In this document: one piece after another, positions 44,861 through 55,567 of the stretch
Position numbering within the stretch: position 1 is the first letter of the stretch
Layout: each line of letters opens with the position of its first letter
Assembly (NCBI GenBank): GCA_963697165.1
Contig: CAVOMX010000016.1
Span: 1-57,240, forward strand
Origin: Candidatus Bathyarchaeota archaeon
GTDB taxonomy: Archaea; Thermoproteota; Bathyarchaeia; Bathyarchaeales; Bathyarchaeaceae
DNA: 57,240 bases
Direction of reading: 5' to 3'
Notes under the pieces: model-generated
Databases searched by the model: none
Seen by the model: only the letters and a program-made list of their open reading frames with translations
Told to the model about the DNA's origin: nothing
Made by a program: the position numbers and the translations under genes

Positions 44861-45984
44861 ATGGTTCAACAAGTTGCAGGATTACTAGGTGGCGGAGACA
44901 ATATTGTCTCATTGATTTTTCAGTTGATATTCACAGGCATCTTTGTGGTTTTCATGTTTTATGGTCAGCGTGTCCAGATGATGGTTATGATTAGAGAAGT
45001 TGAATCTCATCTGCGGCGTCTCAAGTTCATAAAAGACGATGGCCGAAAAGTAGCCATTGATACAATAAAACAGGTAGGAAAACTCACAGAAGACCCCTCT
45101 GAGAGAGTAGACCAGTTTCTAGAATATATTGCAATAGGTCCACAGAGTATGGATCCTTCTGGAATAGTCTGGAAGCTGGAACACGTATTAGATGTTAGAG
45201 ATGCCCGCTTCAAAGATGAAGTTAAACTAATGGCGCCCGAAGCGGATGAATCGCAACTGAACAATCTAGAGAACACCTTGGAGGCTGCAATGGCACTTCA
45301 TATGATCTACAAAATTATTCGTCACTTCTATCTACTTGGCAAAAAAACGTTGAGCCTCTACGTCATAATGCAAATCCAGATGGTCTTACCACTTATCATG
45401 CAACAGGCAGAAGCATACGCCCAAGCATTAAGAGCATTCTCGCTCGGTCAGCCCATCGGCGACGGTGCCGGACCTCTAGTAGCGGCTAAACTGATGCAAG
45501 GATATGAAACAAAAGAAATAGCTCGCGATGTGGTTGTAGCCGAAGTGCCCATCGAAGGTCGAACAGCTTATGTTTTGAAGGCTAAAGGTCCAGGAGGAAA
45601 CGTGGGCAAACCTGGAGAAGGAATAAGCCAGATCATAAAAGAGAAAAAAGGAAAAATCGCTACAATCATCATGATAGACGCGGCGCTTGAAACTTGAAGG
45701 AGAAAAACCAGGAGAAATAGCTGAGGGAGTGGGTGCTGCAATCGGCGGACCTGGAGTCGAGCAGTTCAAGATAGAGGAAGCGATAACTGAAAAACAAGAT
45801 TCCTTTGAATGCAATCATCGTCAAGCAGGATCTTGGAGACGCTGTTTCTCCGATGCGTAAAGAAATTTTTGACGCAGCTGACCCTGTGATCGCACGAATT
45901 AAGCGCCTGATTCTGGAAAGGACAAAGGAGGGCGATAACGTGATTATAGCAGGAATCGGAAATACGATAGGAATTGGACAATAG
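44861..45984 (+). CDS. DUF1512 family protein (frameshift near 45690)
   Basis: MDPSGIV, PIGDGAGPL, KAKGPGGNVG, IDAALKLEGE, GIGNTIGIGQ*. Confidence 0.85.
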
Positions 45985-45993
45985 GTGAAAAAG

Positions 45994-46462
45994 ATGACTG
46001 AAAAAATTAACGTTGTTAGAAAAGTTTCTCCCATCCTTCTCATGATCATATTGATAGCCATTATTCTGTCGTTGACTGCCCTTTACATTGCATTTGACTC
46101 GTTCATTAACGAAAGTGAAGCACTAGATGCATACTCTTTCTTGGCTATTGGTTTTGGTGGACTAGCCCTCTCTGGCTTATATGCTGTTTCAGACAAGATC
46201 AAGACCTTTGGGTGTAGCCCTTGAGTTGCCGCGAGTGGTAACAACGCTAGAGTGCCCGAAATGCGATTTCAAGAACATCCGTGACTTCGAGAGAGAAGAC
46301 TATATCTTCAAGAAAATAGGGTCCTGCCAGAAATGCAACGAAACAATGGCAATAACTGCAATCTATCGGGAAGACAAAGAAAAGAAAGAAGTAATGTTAA
46401 TCTTTTTTAGGTTAACACAACTACAGCCGTTCTTTTCAATTAGAATCGTGTATTCAGCTTGA
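45994..46462 (+). CDS. Membrane-anchored zinc-ribbon protein (frameshift near 46180; end uncertain)
   Basis: Two TM helices, then TTLECPKC...RDFEREDYIFK...CQKC...ITAIY. Confidence 0.65.
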
Positions 46463-47310
46463 GCTACGGGTTTTCTGCTTGCCTCAACAAAAACGGGGTA
46501 TCCCATTACTGCTTTAGACGAAAGAAGCTCTGAGAATGCACTTTTGTAGCTGTTAGAGGTCGCAAATTTATTTAGCCATCTTTCTGTGAAAGGCAGGGTC
46601 AGAAAATTCTTTTTGATGTAACTTAAAATTTGTTTGGCATAAGGGTTTTTCAGGGACTTGTTTTTTGAGTAACGGAAGATATATTCTTCCTTTAGGTTGT
46701 CAACTCTGCCTGTGGCAGTTGTAAGTGTTACGAAGGGTTCAACTCCGTAGATTTCTCCCTCTTTTATTCGGGCTGCAGAGAGGTTAAAGACGTTGGGTAA
46801 CGACTTTCCCGCATGTATTATGTATCGTCTAATCAAGTGCCCTGTAAGGTTTGAAACGGGTTTGTATCCTCGTGTCTTGATTGTTTTTTGAATTTCTGAA
46901 CCAAAACGAGTTATGGAAAGTCCAGGTCGAAGTATCTCCACTGCCTGTGCTAGGGCTTCTTCTGCAGTGTTAACCATGTCCGAATATTCTGGATTGAAAC
47001 ATATGCTCGTTGCCGTGTCCGCTATGTATCCGTCAACGTGAACACCAATGTCCACTTTAACTATGGATCTTTCAGGTATCGTCTGTTTGTCGTTTGGGGG
47101 CGACGTGTAATGGGCGGCGATTTCGTTGACCGAGACGTTACATGGAAAAGCAGGTTTGCCCCCTTTTTCTCTTGTTAAGCCTTCTACTTTCTCGCAAATG
47201 TCAATTATCAGCATTCCTTCTTTGACGATTTTCTTGATTTCTTCCCTAACTTCTCTGGCGATTTTGCCTGCGCGTTGAAATTTCTGCAAATCTTCTTCAG
47301 GGACGGCCAT
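46363..47310 (-). CDS. map: Type II methionine aminopeptidase (3' end probably extended by an indel)
   Basis: AFPCNVSVNEIAAHY, VDIGVHVDGYIADTA, NLTGH, VEPF, AQAEYT. Confidence 0.95.
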   Translation of the reverse strand: MAVPEEDLQKFQRAGKIAREVREEIKKIVKEGMLIIDICEKVEGLTREKGGKPAFPCNVSVNEIAAHYTSPPNDKQTIPERSIVKVDIGVHVDGYIADTATSICFNPEYSDMVNTAEEALAQAVEILRPGLSITRFGSEIQKTIKTRGYKPVSNLTGHLIRRYIIHAGKSLPNVFNLSAARIKEGEIYGVEPFVTLTTATGRVDNLKEEYIFRYSKNKSLKNPYAKQILSYIKKNFLTLPFTERWLNKFATSNSYKSAFSELLSSKAVMGYPVFVEASRKPVAQAEYTILIEKNGCSCVNLKKINITSFFSLSSR

Positions 47311-47451
47311 ACTCGTGCACGAACATCATTAAACATGTAGGAGAGTTAAAAAGAATTAGGATTTCTTGGCTAACTTTTTTGTTTGAACGTTTTTTGTTCC
47401 GTAAGGCTTAAACTTGTATATTCCACCCGTTTAGCAAAGGAAGTTCAAAAG

Positions 47452-48565
47452 TTGACTGCTGCAGATGACAAGAAACCAATTCTTGACCCTTGGGGGGCAA
47501 CGGTAGTTGAAGACTACAACCATCTTTATGAAGAATTTGGAATACAAAAGTTTGATTCTCTCTGTTCTCAGATTATCAAACCCAAACATGTACATGCGGC
47601 GAGGAGTCATTTTTGGTCACAGAGATTTTGAACGTGTTCTAGAAACGATGAAGCAAGGCGGAAACTTTGCCGTGATGAGCGGCATTAAACCAACAGGAGA
47701 ATTCCATTTAGGAACACTAATGACCGCCAAAGAAATTATATATTTCCAGCAACAGGGCGCCCAAGCTTTCTATGCTATTGCAGACATAGAAGCTTACGAA
47801 GACAACAGGTTGTCCTTTGAAGAGACAGAAAAAATTGCTGTTGGCAACGTAGCAGACCTTTTGGCGTTAGGTTTTGACCACAAAAAAGGTCATATTTACA
47901 GACAATATAAAGAGATGCGGGTCCGAGACTTAGCGCTGCATTTTGGTGCTGGTGTAACATTAGCCACGATGAAAGCTATCTACGGTGAAAGGCATATTGG
48001 TCTTTATCTTTCGGCTCTTGTGCAAGCAGGCGACATACTTATGCCGCAACTCAAAGATTTTGGGGGACCCAAACCAACAGTAGTTCCCGTAGGCGTAGAC
48101 CAAGATGCTCACCTGCGTTTGACCAGAGATTTAGCTAACAAGTTTCGCCGAAAATTCAAGTTTGTTCCGCCTTCTTCTACATACCACAAGATTTTGAAGG
48201 GGTTGGATGGTTCTTCAAAAATGTCTAAACGAAACCCCATGAGCTACTTCACCTTGAACGAGTCACCTAAAGGTATTGGCAAGAAGATTTCGAGTGCTTT
48301 CACTGGGGGAAGAGCCACTGTGGAAGAGCAGAAAAAGCTTGGGGGCGTTCCAGAAATCTGTCCCATATACGAGATTGAAATGTGCCATTTTGTTGAAGAC
48401 GACAAAGATGTGGTGGAAACCTACAATTGCTGTAAATGTGGAAGCCTACTGTGTGGAGAGCACAAGGCTCGGACAAAAAAGATTGTTATGGAATTTGTTG
48501 AGGCACATCAGAGAAAACGGGAGAAACTTGTTGACAAAGCAAGAGAAATATTGGGGGTCAACTAG
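47452..48565 (+). CDS. trpS: Tryptophanyl-tRNA synthetase (frameshift near 47575)
   Basis: LDPWG, RRGVIFGHRD, SGIKPTGEFHLG, VGVDQDAH, KMSKR. Confidence 0.93.
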
Positions 48566-48693
48566 GTCAAAAGATCATGTGATGCTTGCCTGTCTGAATC
48601 CAAACGTTGAAACCTTTAAAACCTTCTTGCCAATAAAGCTAAACAAAGTTCCATTCCATACTTTAAACTAGATGTGCCAAGGAGGAGAAGTAG

Positions 48694-50202
48694 GTGCCTG
48701 AACTTCGGGAAAATGAACAGAAAACCTTGCTTACCCTAGAAAAGCTTAAAGGAAGAGCTCCAGTCGATCAGATAGTCAAAACGTAGCGGTTTGGCTCACG
48801 CAGCAGTTATGCGGGCTGCACTATCTCTCACCGAAAACAAGCTACTAAAAACCTACGAAAACCAGCAAACATTGATCTCGTTGAGCGCAGAAGGAAGAAG
48901 CTACTCAGAAATAGAGCTTCCCGAACGACGCCTCCACAATGCATTAATCAAGCTTGGCGGTGAAGCAAAAGTTAATTCGGTCATGGATGAAGCAGGATTA
49001 GAAAAGAAGTTTCTATCCGTCGCTTTGGGGTGGATTAATCGAAAGGGCTGGGCGACAATAAAACAAGGAATGTTAAAATCCTTGAAAGGAATCTCCGCCC
49101 GGAGATGACGAAAAACTTCTGCACCTCTTATCCGAAAAAGAATCAATGGTTGTTGAGGATTTGGGTCAGGAACTGCAGAAGACTGTTTCTGTTCTGAAAG
49201 GGCGAAAACTCGTGGAAATCGAAGAGAAGACCATGCGTGAACTGGAGATTAACTGATGACGGCTGGACGCTAGTTAAGAAAGGAATTACCTTTCAGGACG
49301 AAATTAGCCAGCTAACTCCCGAGCTTATCCGAACAGGAAACTGGCGAAACGTAAAACTTAGACGATTCGACGTGACTGCCCCTGGTCCAGTAAGCTATCC
49401 TGGAAAAATTCATCCAGTTCAACAGGTAATTCAGCAAGTGAAAGAAATCTTTTTGGAGATGGGCTTCACTGAGATTCGAGGAGACATGGTTGAAACAGCC
49501 TTCTGGAACTTTGACGCACTGTTTCAGCCTCAGGACCATCCCGCGCGAGACATGGTAGATACTTTCTACTTGTCTCACCCAAAACAGGGTAAGTTGCCCG
49601 AAAAAGCTGTTGTGGATGCGGTTGCGAAAACCCATGAAAACGGCTGGACTACAGGTTCTAGAGGCTGGGAATATAGATGGAGTGCACAAGAAGCTAAGAA
49701 AATTGTGCTCAGGACGCATACAACAGCTACAACTATTCGTTACTTAACGGAACATAAGGAGCCTCCCGTCAAAGTCTTCTCAGTGGATAGGGTTTACCGC
49801 AACGAAAAATTGGATTACAAGCATCTTGCAGAGTTCCATCAAATTGAAGGAATAATTATGGACCGCAAGGTAACCCTGCGAGACCTTATGGGAACCTTGA
49901 AAGAATTTTACCAGAAACTTGGTCTGGAAAAGGTGCAGTTTTGGCCTAGCTACTTCCCCTATACTGAGCCTTCTTTACAGTCCACAGTTTATGTTCCAGA
50001 ACTGAAAAATTGGATTGAACTTTGTGGTATGGGAATATTTCGTCCAGAAGTTTTGGCTCCCCTTGGCGTGAAGCATCCTGTTTTGGCGTGGGGTGGAGGC
50101 TTGGAACGTTTAATACTTCTCAAACTTGGAATTGAAGATATTCGGCTCTTATACAAGAACGATTTAGGTTGGATAAGGAGGAATCCGGTGTGCCAACGAT
50201 AA
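48694..50202 (+). CDS. pheS: Phenylalanyl-tRNA synthetase alpha subunit (frameshifts in the N-terminal part)
   Basis: FWNFDALFQPQDHPARD, LRTHTT, AEFHQIEG, YFPYTEPS, AWGGGLERL. Confidence 0.95.
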
Positions 50203-51875
50203 CTTTGGACAGAGAGCGTTTCTCTTCTTATGTTGGACGCGACCTATCCGTGGAAGAGATGGCTAAATGGCTTCCGTGGCTGGGAACTGACACAGAAGAG
50301 GTCGGCTCGGATTACGTGAAAATCGAGTATAACCCAAATCGTGTGGACTTTTGCAGTTACAGTGGAGTGGCTAGAGCATTTCAGGGACTTATGGGATGGG
50401 AGACAGGCTTACGAAAATACGAATTGAAACAGGGTAACATCACATTGAAAGTGGACAAAAGCGTAGCCGAGGTGCGACCATACATTGTCTCTGCTGTTGT
50501 TCGAGGCTTGAAAATTGACTCTGACGCCATCCGAGAACTTATGGACATGCAAGAGGCTCTCCACTGGATGATCGGTAGAGACCGAAAAAAAGCTTCAATT
50601 GGAGTTCACAAATTGGACACTGTTGAACCCCCATTCTCTTACGTTACATGTGCTCCCAATGAAGTCACGTTCGTGCCCTTAGACAAAGCTGAACCAATGA
50701 CTCCACAGCAAGTCTTAGAAAAGCACGAAAAAGGCGTGGCTTACAAAAGTCAGGTCGATTGGGCTTCAAGATATCCTTTGGTTGTTGATCGAACGGGGCA
50801 AATTCTTTCGTTTCCGCCAATAATTAACGGCGAGTTGACCAAAGTTGATGAGAATACGCGTGATCTTTTCATCGAAGTTACAGGTACCGAACTAAACGCT
50901 ATCTCAAGAAGCTTGAACGTTCTCGTCACGGCCCTCGCAGATATGGGTGGCACCATAGAAACTGTTTGTGTTGAATATTCTGACCAAGTTTTAGTTACTC
51001 CAGACCTTACGCCTCAAAAGATGAAGTTACACGTAGATTATGCAAATGAGCGTTTAGGTCTTAATTTTTCAGAAGCCCAAACTATAGAGGCTCTGCAAAA
51101 ATCTAGACTTGAAGCGATAACAGTTGAAAACGGGATTTTAGAGGTTACGATTCCCGCCTACCGAACCGATATACTACATGAGATTGACTTAGTTGAGGAG
51201 GTTGCCGTCGGTTACGGCGTTTTCAGGTTGGAGCCTACAAAACCAGCGACAGTTACGACAGGCAAAAAGCATGTAGTCAGTGAGGTAGCGATGGCTGTAC
51301 GGCAGATAATGGTGGGGTTAGGTTTTGCGGAAGCCTTGAATTTTGTTCTCACCAACGAGGGTGATCACTACCAGAAGATGCGCCGAAAACCTGAAGGGAT
51401 AGTTACTTTAGCGAACCCGGTCTCTTCAGACTATTCTATAATAAGGAACGATTTGTTGCCTAGCCTAATGAAAAACTTGGCAGTAAGCAAACACCACATT
51501 TTCCCTCAGCGAATGTTCGAAGTCTCCGACGTAATCAAACTTGATGACAACTCTGAAACATATACAGAACGGCGAATACATGTTGCGGCAGTTTCTTCGC
51601 ATCTAACAGCCAACTTCACGGAAATAAAGTCCATTCTTGAATCTTTATTGATGAACCTTGGATTCGAAAACTGGACTGTAAAAGAAACTAGCCATCCAAG
51701 TTTTCTGAAGGGAAGAGCCGCCACCGTTTCATTAGATGATGTGGAACTGGGTGTTGTGGGAGAGATTCACCCAGAAGTCCTAAACAACTTTGAACTGGAA
51801 AATCCGACAAGCGCCTTCGAACTAGACCTACAAAAAATTATCAACGGAACGATTGAACGTATGTTCTGGGATTGA
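50190..51875 (+). CDS. pheT: Phenylalanyl-tRNA synthetase beta subunit
   Basis: PTITL start, NPNRVD, SFPPIING, PAYRTDILHEIDLVEEVA, GEIHPEVL. Confidence 0.95.
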   Translation: MPTITLDRERFSSYVGRDLSVEEMAKWLPWLGTDTEEVGSDYVKIEYNPNRVDFCSYSGVARAFQGLMGWETGLRKYELKQGNITLKVDKSVAEVRPYIVSAVVRGLKIDSDAIRELMDMQEALHWMIGRDRKKASIGVHKLDTVEPPFSYVTCAPNEVTFVPLDKAEPMTPQQVLEKHEKGVAYKSQVDWASRYPLVVDRTGQILSFPPIINGELTKVDENTRDLFIEVTGTELNAISRSLNVLVTALADMGGTIETVCVEYSDQVLVTPDLTPQKMKLHVDYANERLGLNFSEAQTIEALQKSRLEAITVENGILEVTIPAYRTDILHEIDLVEEVAVGYGVFRLEPTKPATVTTGKKHVVSEVAMAVRQIMVGLGFAEALNFVLTNEGDHYQKMRRKPEGIVTLANPVSSDYSIIRNDLLPSLMKNLAVSKHHIFPQRMFEVSDVIKLDDNSETYTERRIHVAAVSSHLTANFTEIKSILESLLMNLGFENWTVKETSHPSFLKGRAATVSLDDVELGVVGEIHPEVLNNFELENPTSAFELDLQKIINGTIERMFWD

Positions 51876-51915
51876 ATAGAAAAGCTTAATGTTCTTGTGA
51901 ATCGTCTTTTAAGTT

Positions 51916-52255
51916 GCGATGATAGTTGGCTGGAGCATAATCCCGCCGGAACCTTATGCGGGCTCATGCAGACGGACCCGACAGAGGATGGTGACTTTCA
52001 TCTAACCGTTGAAGAAGGGTTTACCCAGGCATGGGACACGGTGGGCGCGGGCAAAAACTTACCCACGTTTGAGAGAGCTCATCTGAGAAGAGCGTTTTAG
52101 CTCCGACTGTGAGGGTGAGAGTTAGTGACGTGGGACACAACGCCCGCGATAATTACTGTTTAGTTAGTTCATGTCTACTCCAAAAAAGTCGGGTTGAATT
52201 TCTCCAGATGGAACCGAACGGGCATTTCGGATTGCGGGAGACATCTCTATTATGT
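51916..52255 (+). ncRNA. Candidate ~340-nt structured non-coding RNA of unknown family
   Basis: BRE/TATA-like gaaaagcttaat at 51879-51890; at least six nested long-range helices; no credible ORF. Confidence 0.55.
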
Positions 52256-52256
52256 C

Positions 52257-52285
52257 ATGGGTTCGGAATCCCACTCCCCGCACCA
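52257..52285 (+). repeat. tRNA-Leu-like 3' fragment (T-arm, acceptor strand, CCA); att-like copy 1
   Basis: ATGGGTTCGGAATCCCACTCCCCGCACCA. Confidence 0.7.
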
Positions 52286-52413
52286 TTGGATTGCAGATAA
52301 AAACGTGGAAATATTTTGAAAATTCAAGTCTTTGATTACAAAAAAACAGTAAAAACTAAATGTGCTGCAAGACATAACTAAAAATTCCATAACAATAATT
52401 TTGAGGAATAATC

Positions 52414-53202
52414 ATGAAAACTGTGATCCACACAGATAAATTATCTAAGTATTATGGCAAGGGCAACGAGATCAAGGCAGTAGATGGGCTTGACCTTGAA
52501 GTTTATAAAGGAGAGACTTTTGGTCTTCTTGGTCCAAATGGAGCGGGCAAGACAACAACAGTTCGCTTGTTGAACTGTATAATCAAGCCAAATACAGGAA
52601 CAGCCACCGTCAACGGATATGACATTCGAAAAGAGCAAAACAAAGTTAAAAGCATTACTGGAATGTTGTCAGAGTCACCTGGTTTATACGAAAAACTAAG
52701 CGCTTATGAATTTCTTGAGTTTATTGGCTCCCTATATGATGTTCCAAAAGATGTTCTCAAGGAAAGAATCAACGACTTGCTGAATTTGTTCAGTCTTATA
52801 TCAAGGCGCGATGATTTACTCGAAGGCTACAGTCGTGGAATGAAACAGAAATTGTTGATTGCAGCAGCGTTGATTCATGATCCACCAATACTATTTCTAG
52901 ATGAACCTACTTCAGGTTTAGATCCACGGGCTGCACTTATGGTCAAAGATTTGATTAGGAAATTGGCTACCACTGCTGGAAAAACAATCTTCGTTTGCAG
53001 CCACATCCTTCCAATTGTTGAAGAACTTTGCTCCCGCATAGGAATAATTAACCAAGGCAAACTTATGATGGTAGGAACAGTAAAAGAGATCCTTGATGAA
53101 ACTAAGACAAAAAACCTAGAACAAGCGTTCATTGCGTTGACAGGAGGTGTTGAAGAAAAAGAACTACTGGCGTGGAGGGAACACCGAGCTGCCAGCACCT
53201 AA
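52414..53202 (+). CDS. ABC transporter ATP-binding protein (exporter type)
   Basis: GPNGAGKTT, YSRGMKQK, LFLDEPTSGLD, SH. Confidence 0.95.
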   Translation: MKTVIHTDKLSKYYGKGNEIKAVDGLDLEVYKGETFGLLGPNGAGKTTTVRLLNCIIKPNTGTATVNGYDIRKEQNKVKSITGMLSESPGLYEKLSAYEFLEFIGSLYDVPKDVLKERINDLLNLFSLISRRDDLLEGYSRGMKQKLLIAAALIHDPPILFLDEPTSGLDPRAALMVKDLIRKLATTAGKTIFVCSHILPIVEELCSRIGIINQGKLMMVGTVKEILDETKTKNLEQAFIALTGGVEEKELLAWREHRAAST

Positions 53203-54805
53203 ATGGTTTGTGGTTGCTAAGAACCAATATAGGATTTCCACAAGTGCCATAAGGGGAATTAGAGCATACTTCCCCTATCTGATTATAGGAGTATTATCGG
53301 TTTATGTGGCGCTTATCGCTCCAGCTATTGTCAGTCCATTCATCGATGACTTTCTCGTATTCATAATAACCCAAGCTGCAATACCATTAGTACAGATTAT
53401 ATTGTTCATGTTCTTTTTCTTTCTAATACTGTTCCCAATCAGCGACACATTAAGGGAATTGCAAACTGGGCAATTGGAGATTTTCTTGGCAGCTCCTGTA
53501 AAGCCGAGTGATGTGCTGTTGGGCGAATTTCTGGGTAAAATGCCTTTCTATGCCATCGCAATTGCAGTAATCACTGGGACTTTCACAGCTTTTCTGACTC
53601 CTCTGGGATTAGATATAGCTCAAATTATGATAATCATCGCAGTTTTTGTCGTAACATTTCTATCCGCCTTCTGGATCGGTATTGTTATTGCTGCAGTCTT
53701 GGGAACAAAGCTTGGAAAAATTGCCAAGGGAAAAGATGTTGGAAGAGCTCTTGCAGTTGTCATTGTTCTACCCATGATTGCAGTAATATACGCGATTTTG
53801 GGGGGAGGTTTGCCTAAAGCTCTTGCCGATCCAGGAACGAGTGAAATTGTTAGAGCAGCTTTTAGTGTGTTACCTAGTTCTTGGAGTGCTGAAATCTTCG
53901 TTGACTTTACTTCAAACCCTAGCGATATTGGTGCTGTTGGTTTTGAGACATTGACCCGATTCGGAGGGCTCATCATTTTCTTCATAGTTGCCTTATGGGT
54001 GGGTACGAAAGTAGCCAGTCGTGCCTACAGTCTTGAACCCTCCAAATTCACATCTTCTAAGGCCAAGTCTGACAGTTTTTTCTACAAGACAATCAGTTTT
54101 GTTGGAGGGGGTGGATCATTTGGGGCTCTCTTATCTTCAATCTTTAAAGATTACAGTAGAAGGCTTGAGAACTTATCATGGATTGTTTATGCTGTGGGGT
54201 TGGTCGCCTTGATAAGGATATTTATTTCTGATCCTTCGTCAGAGCCCATCGATCAACTAGTGTTCTTGAGCCAGATGGCAATCCCATTTCTTGCTGCTTT
54301 TGTGGTTGGAACAGTCAGCAGAGGAAAGAGTGCTCTTTTCATATTTAAGAAGTCACCATCTGGAATTAGGAAGTTCGTGAAGGCTAGGCTGGTGCAAGGT
54401 TGGTTGGTGGCAGTTCCAATCGCTGCAATTTTGATCGCTGTCTCAACGATCTTACTTCCTCAAATCATGTTGGTGCCCTTGTTGATCAATATAGTATGGG
54501 GTTCGCTGAGAACTTTAGCTTTAGTTGCCGTAGTTCTAGGTTTAGCTATTATTAACCCGATTTTCTCTGAAGAATCAAGAGAACGCAATATGGGAATAAT
54601 AATAAACCTTATGGTAGTCCTATTCGCCACGATAGGACTCGGGATTGGTTTACCAAGGCTAGGTCTCAGTTTTGGAAAGATGATTCCAAATCTAGACCCG
54701 TTTACCGTTATCTTATATGATCATCTCTTGTTTACCATGATTTTTTCTTTGGTAGGAATTTTGCTGCTTTACATTGGGAGTAGAAAGCTAGATAGAATCG
54801 AATAA
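53147..54805 (+). CDS. ABC exporter permease (start probably near 53190)
   Basis: Many TM helices, overlaps the ATPase stop; FLAAPVKPSDVLLG. Confidence 0.8.
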   Translation: MLKKKNYWRGGNTELPAPKWFVVAKNQYRISTSAIRGIRAYFPYLIIGVLSVYVALIAPAIVSPFIDDFLVFIITQAAIPLVQIILFMFFFFLILFPISDTLRELQTGQLEIFLAAPVKPSDVLLGEFLGKMPFYAIAIAVITGTFTAFLTPLGLDIAQIMIIIAVFVVTFLSAFWIGIVIAAVLGTKLGKIAKGKDVGRALAVVIVLPMIAVIYAILGGGLPKALADPGTSEIVRAAFSVLPSSWSAEIFVDFTSNPSDIGAVGFETLTRFGGLIIFFIVALWVGTKVASRAYSLEPSKFTSSKAKSDSFFYKTISFVGGGGSFGALLSSIFKDYSRRLENLSWIVYAVGLVALIRIFISDPSSEPIDQLVFLSQMAIPFLAAFVVGTVSRGKSALFIFKKSPSGIRKFVKARLVQGWLVAVPIAAILIAVSTILLPQIMLVPLLINIVWGSLRTLALVAVVLGLAIINPIFSEESRERNMGIIINLMVVLFATIGLGIGLPRLGLSFGKMIPNLDPFTVILYDHLLFTMIFSLVGILLLYIGSRKLDRIE

Positions 54806-54979
54806 GGATAGGTTGTTCAGAAATAGAAAAAGAAGGTTATAGTAGACTTAATTAGGATAACGGTTGAGTGACTAGGTGAGAGTTTTAAAAAAATGGTTTT
54901 TATGGGAGACATCATTATTTTGTGCGAATTTACCTCATCTCGAAAACCCTGTAAATTGACGTAATTTACTGGTAAATTA

Positions 54980-55005
54980 GGGTGCGAATCCCACTCCCCG
55001 AACCA
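54980..55005 (+). repeat. tRNA-Leu-like 3' fragment; att-like copy 2
   Basis: GGGTGCGAATCCCACTCCCCGAACCA; 20/21-nt core shared with 52266-52286. Confidence 0.7.
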
Positions 55006-55567
55006 TCGTATGACCCTTAGCTTTTGTTTGGGATCTGAAGAAACAGGGAAGAAAAGAAAGCACTCTCGTATCGATTTCTAACGCAAGGAAAGTTTCAATA
55101 TCTTTTCTTTCTGTTTCTGTTAATATTCCTTATTTCATCAAAGGAACCTGAGATGTAACTACTGTGGGTCAAACCCTTGCTTTCGATAATTTCGTGAGAA
55201 AACACTTGCCAAAAAAGTATAACATTTCCCAATATTCAAACAGATGGACAGCATATAAATTGATAAGAGTAATGAAAAAAGTCAGTAAAGACCTATGTGA
55301 CAATCCCGACGTCATCGAGTTCATTAAAAAAGAATCATCAAAAAGATACGGAAAAGAAGCCATTATTCCATATGGAAGATTCCTGGATATTTACTACTGG
55401 ACCGACTCCAATACTTGACTTTAGAAAAAGAGGGGATTTGAGGTTGTTGTGGCGATGTCTTCACAGTTACAGTAATTTCTTTTTATCCAGAAAAAAGGGA
55501 GGTAACGGGAAATTAATCATTATTGAAAGGATAATAACAACTTTGCACTTATGGCTTTATGATTAAA

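Noticed and set aside
47452..50202. trpS and pheS as pseudogenes or programmed frameshifts
   Set aside because: Essential genes with intact motifs; scattered 1-nt indels fit sequencing error
51916..52255. RNase P RNA, SRP RNA, or a group I/II intron call for the structured region
   Set aside because: Conserved cores (GAGGAA/ACAGAA, the SRP helix-8 motif, group I R/S, a group II domain V triad) were not found on either strand
51916..52285. Multi-intron tRNA-Leu, or tRNA-Pyl/amber suppressor
   Set aside because: No BHB-consistent splicing gives a cloverleaf; there is no D-arm, and the 5' GCGATGA mismatches the acceptor at two positions
51767..52300. Short ORFs 51767-51967, 51897-52100 and 52109-52300
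   Set aside because: No motifs; probably chance ORFs over structured non-coding sequence
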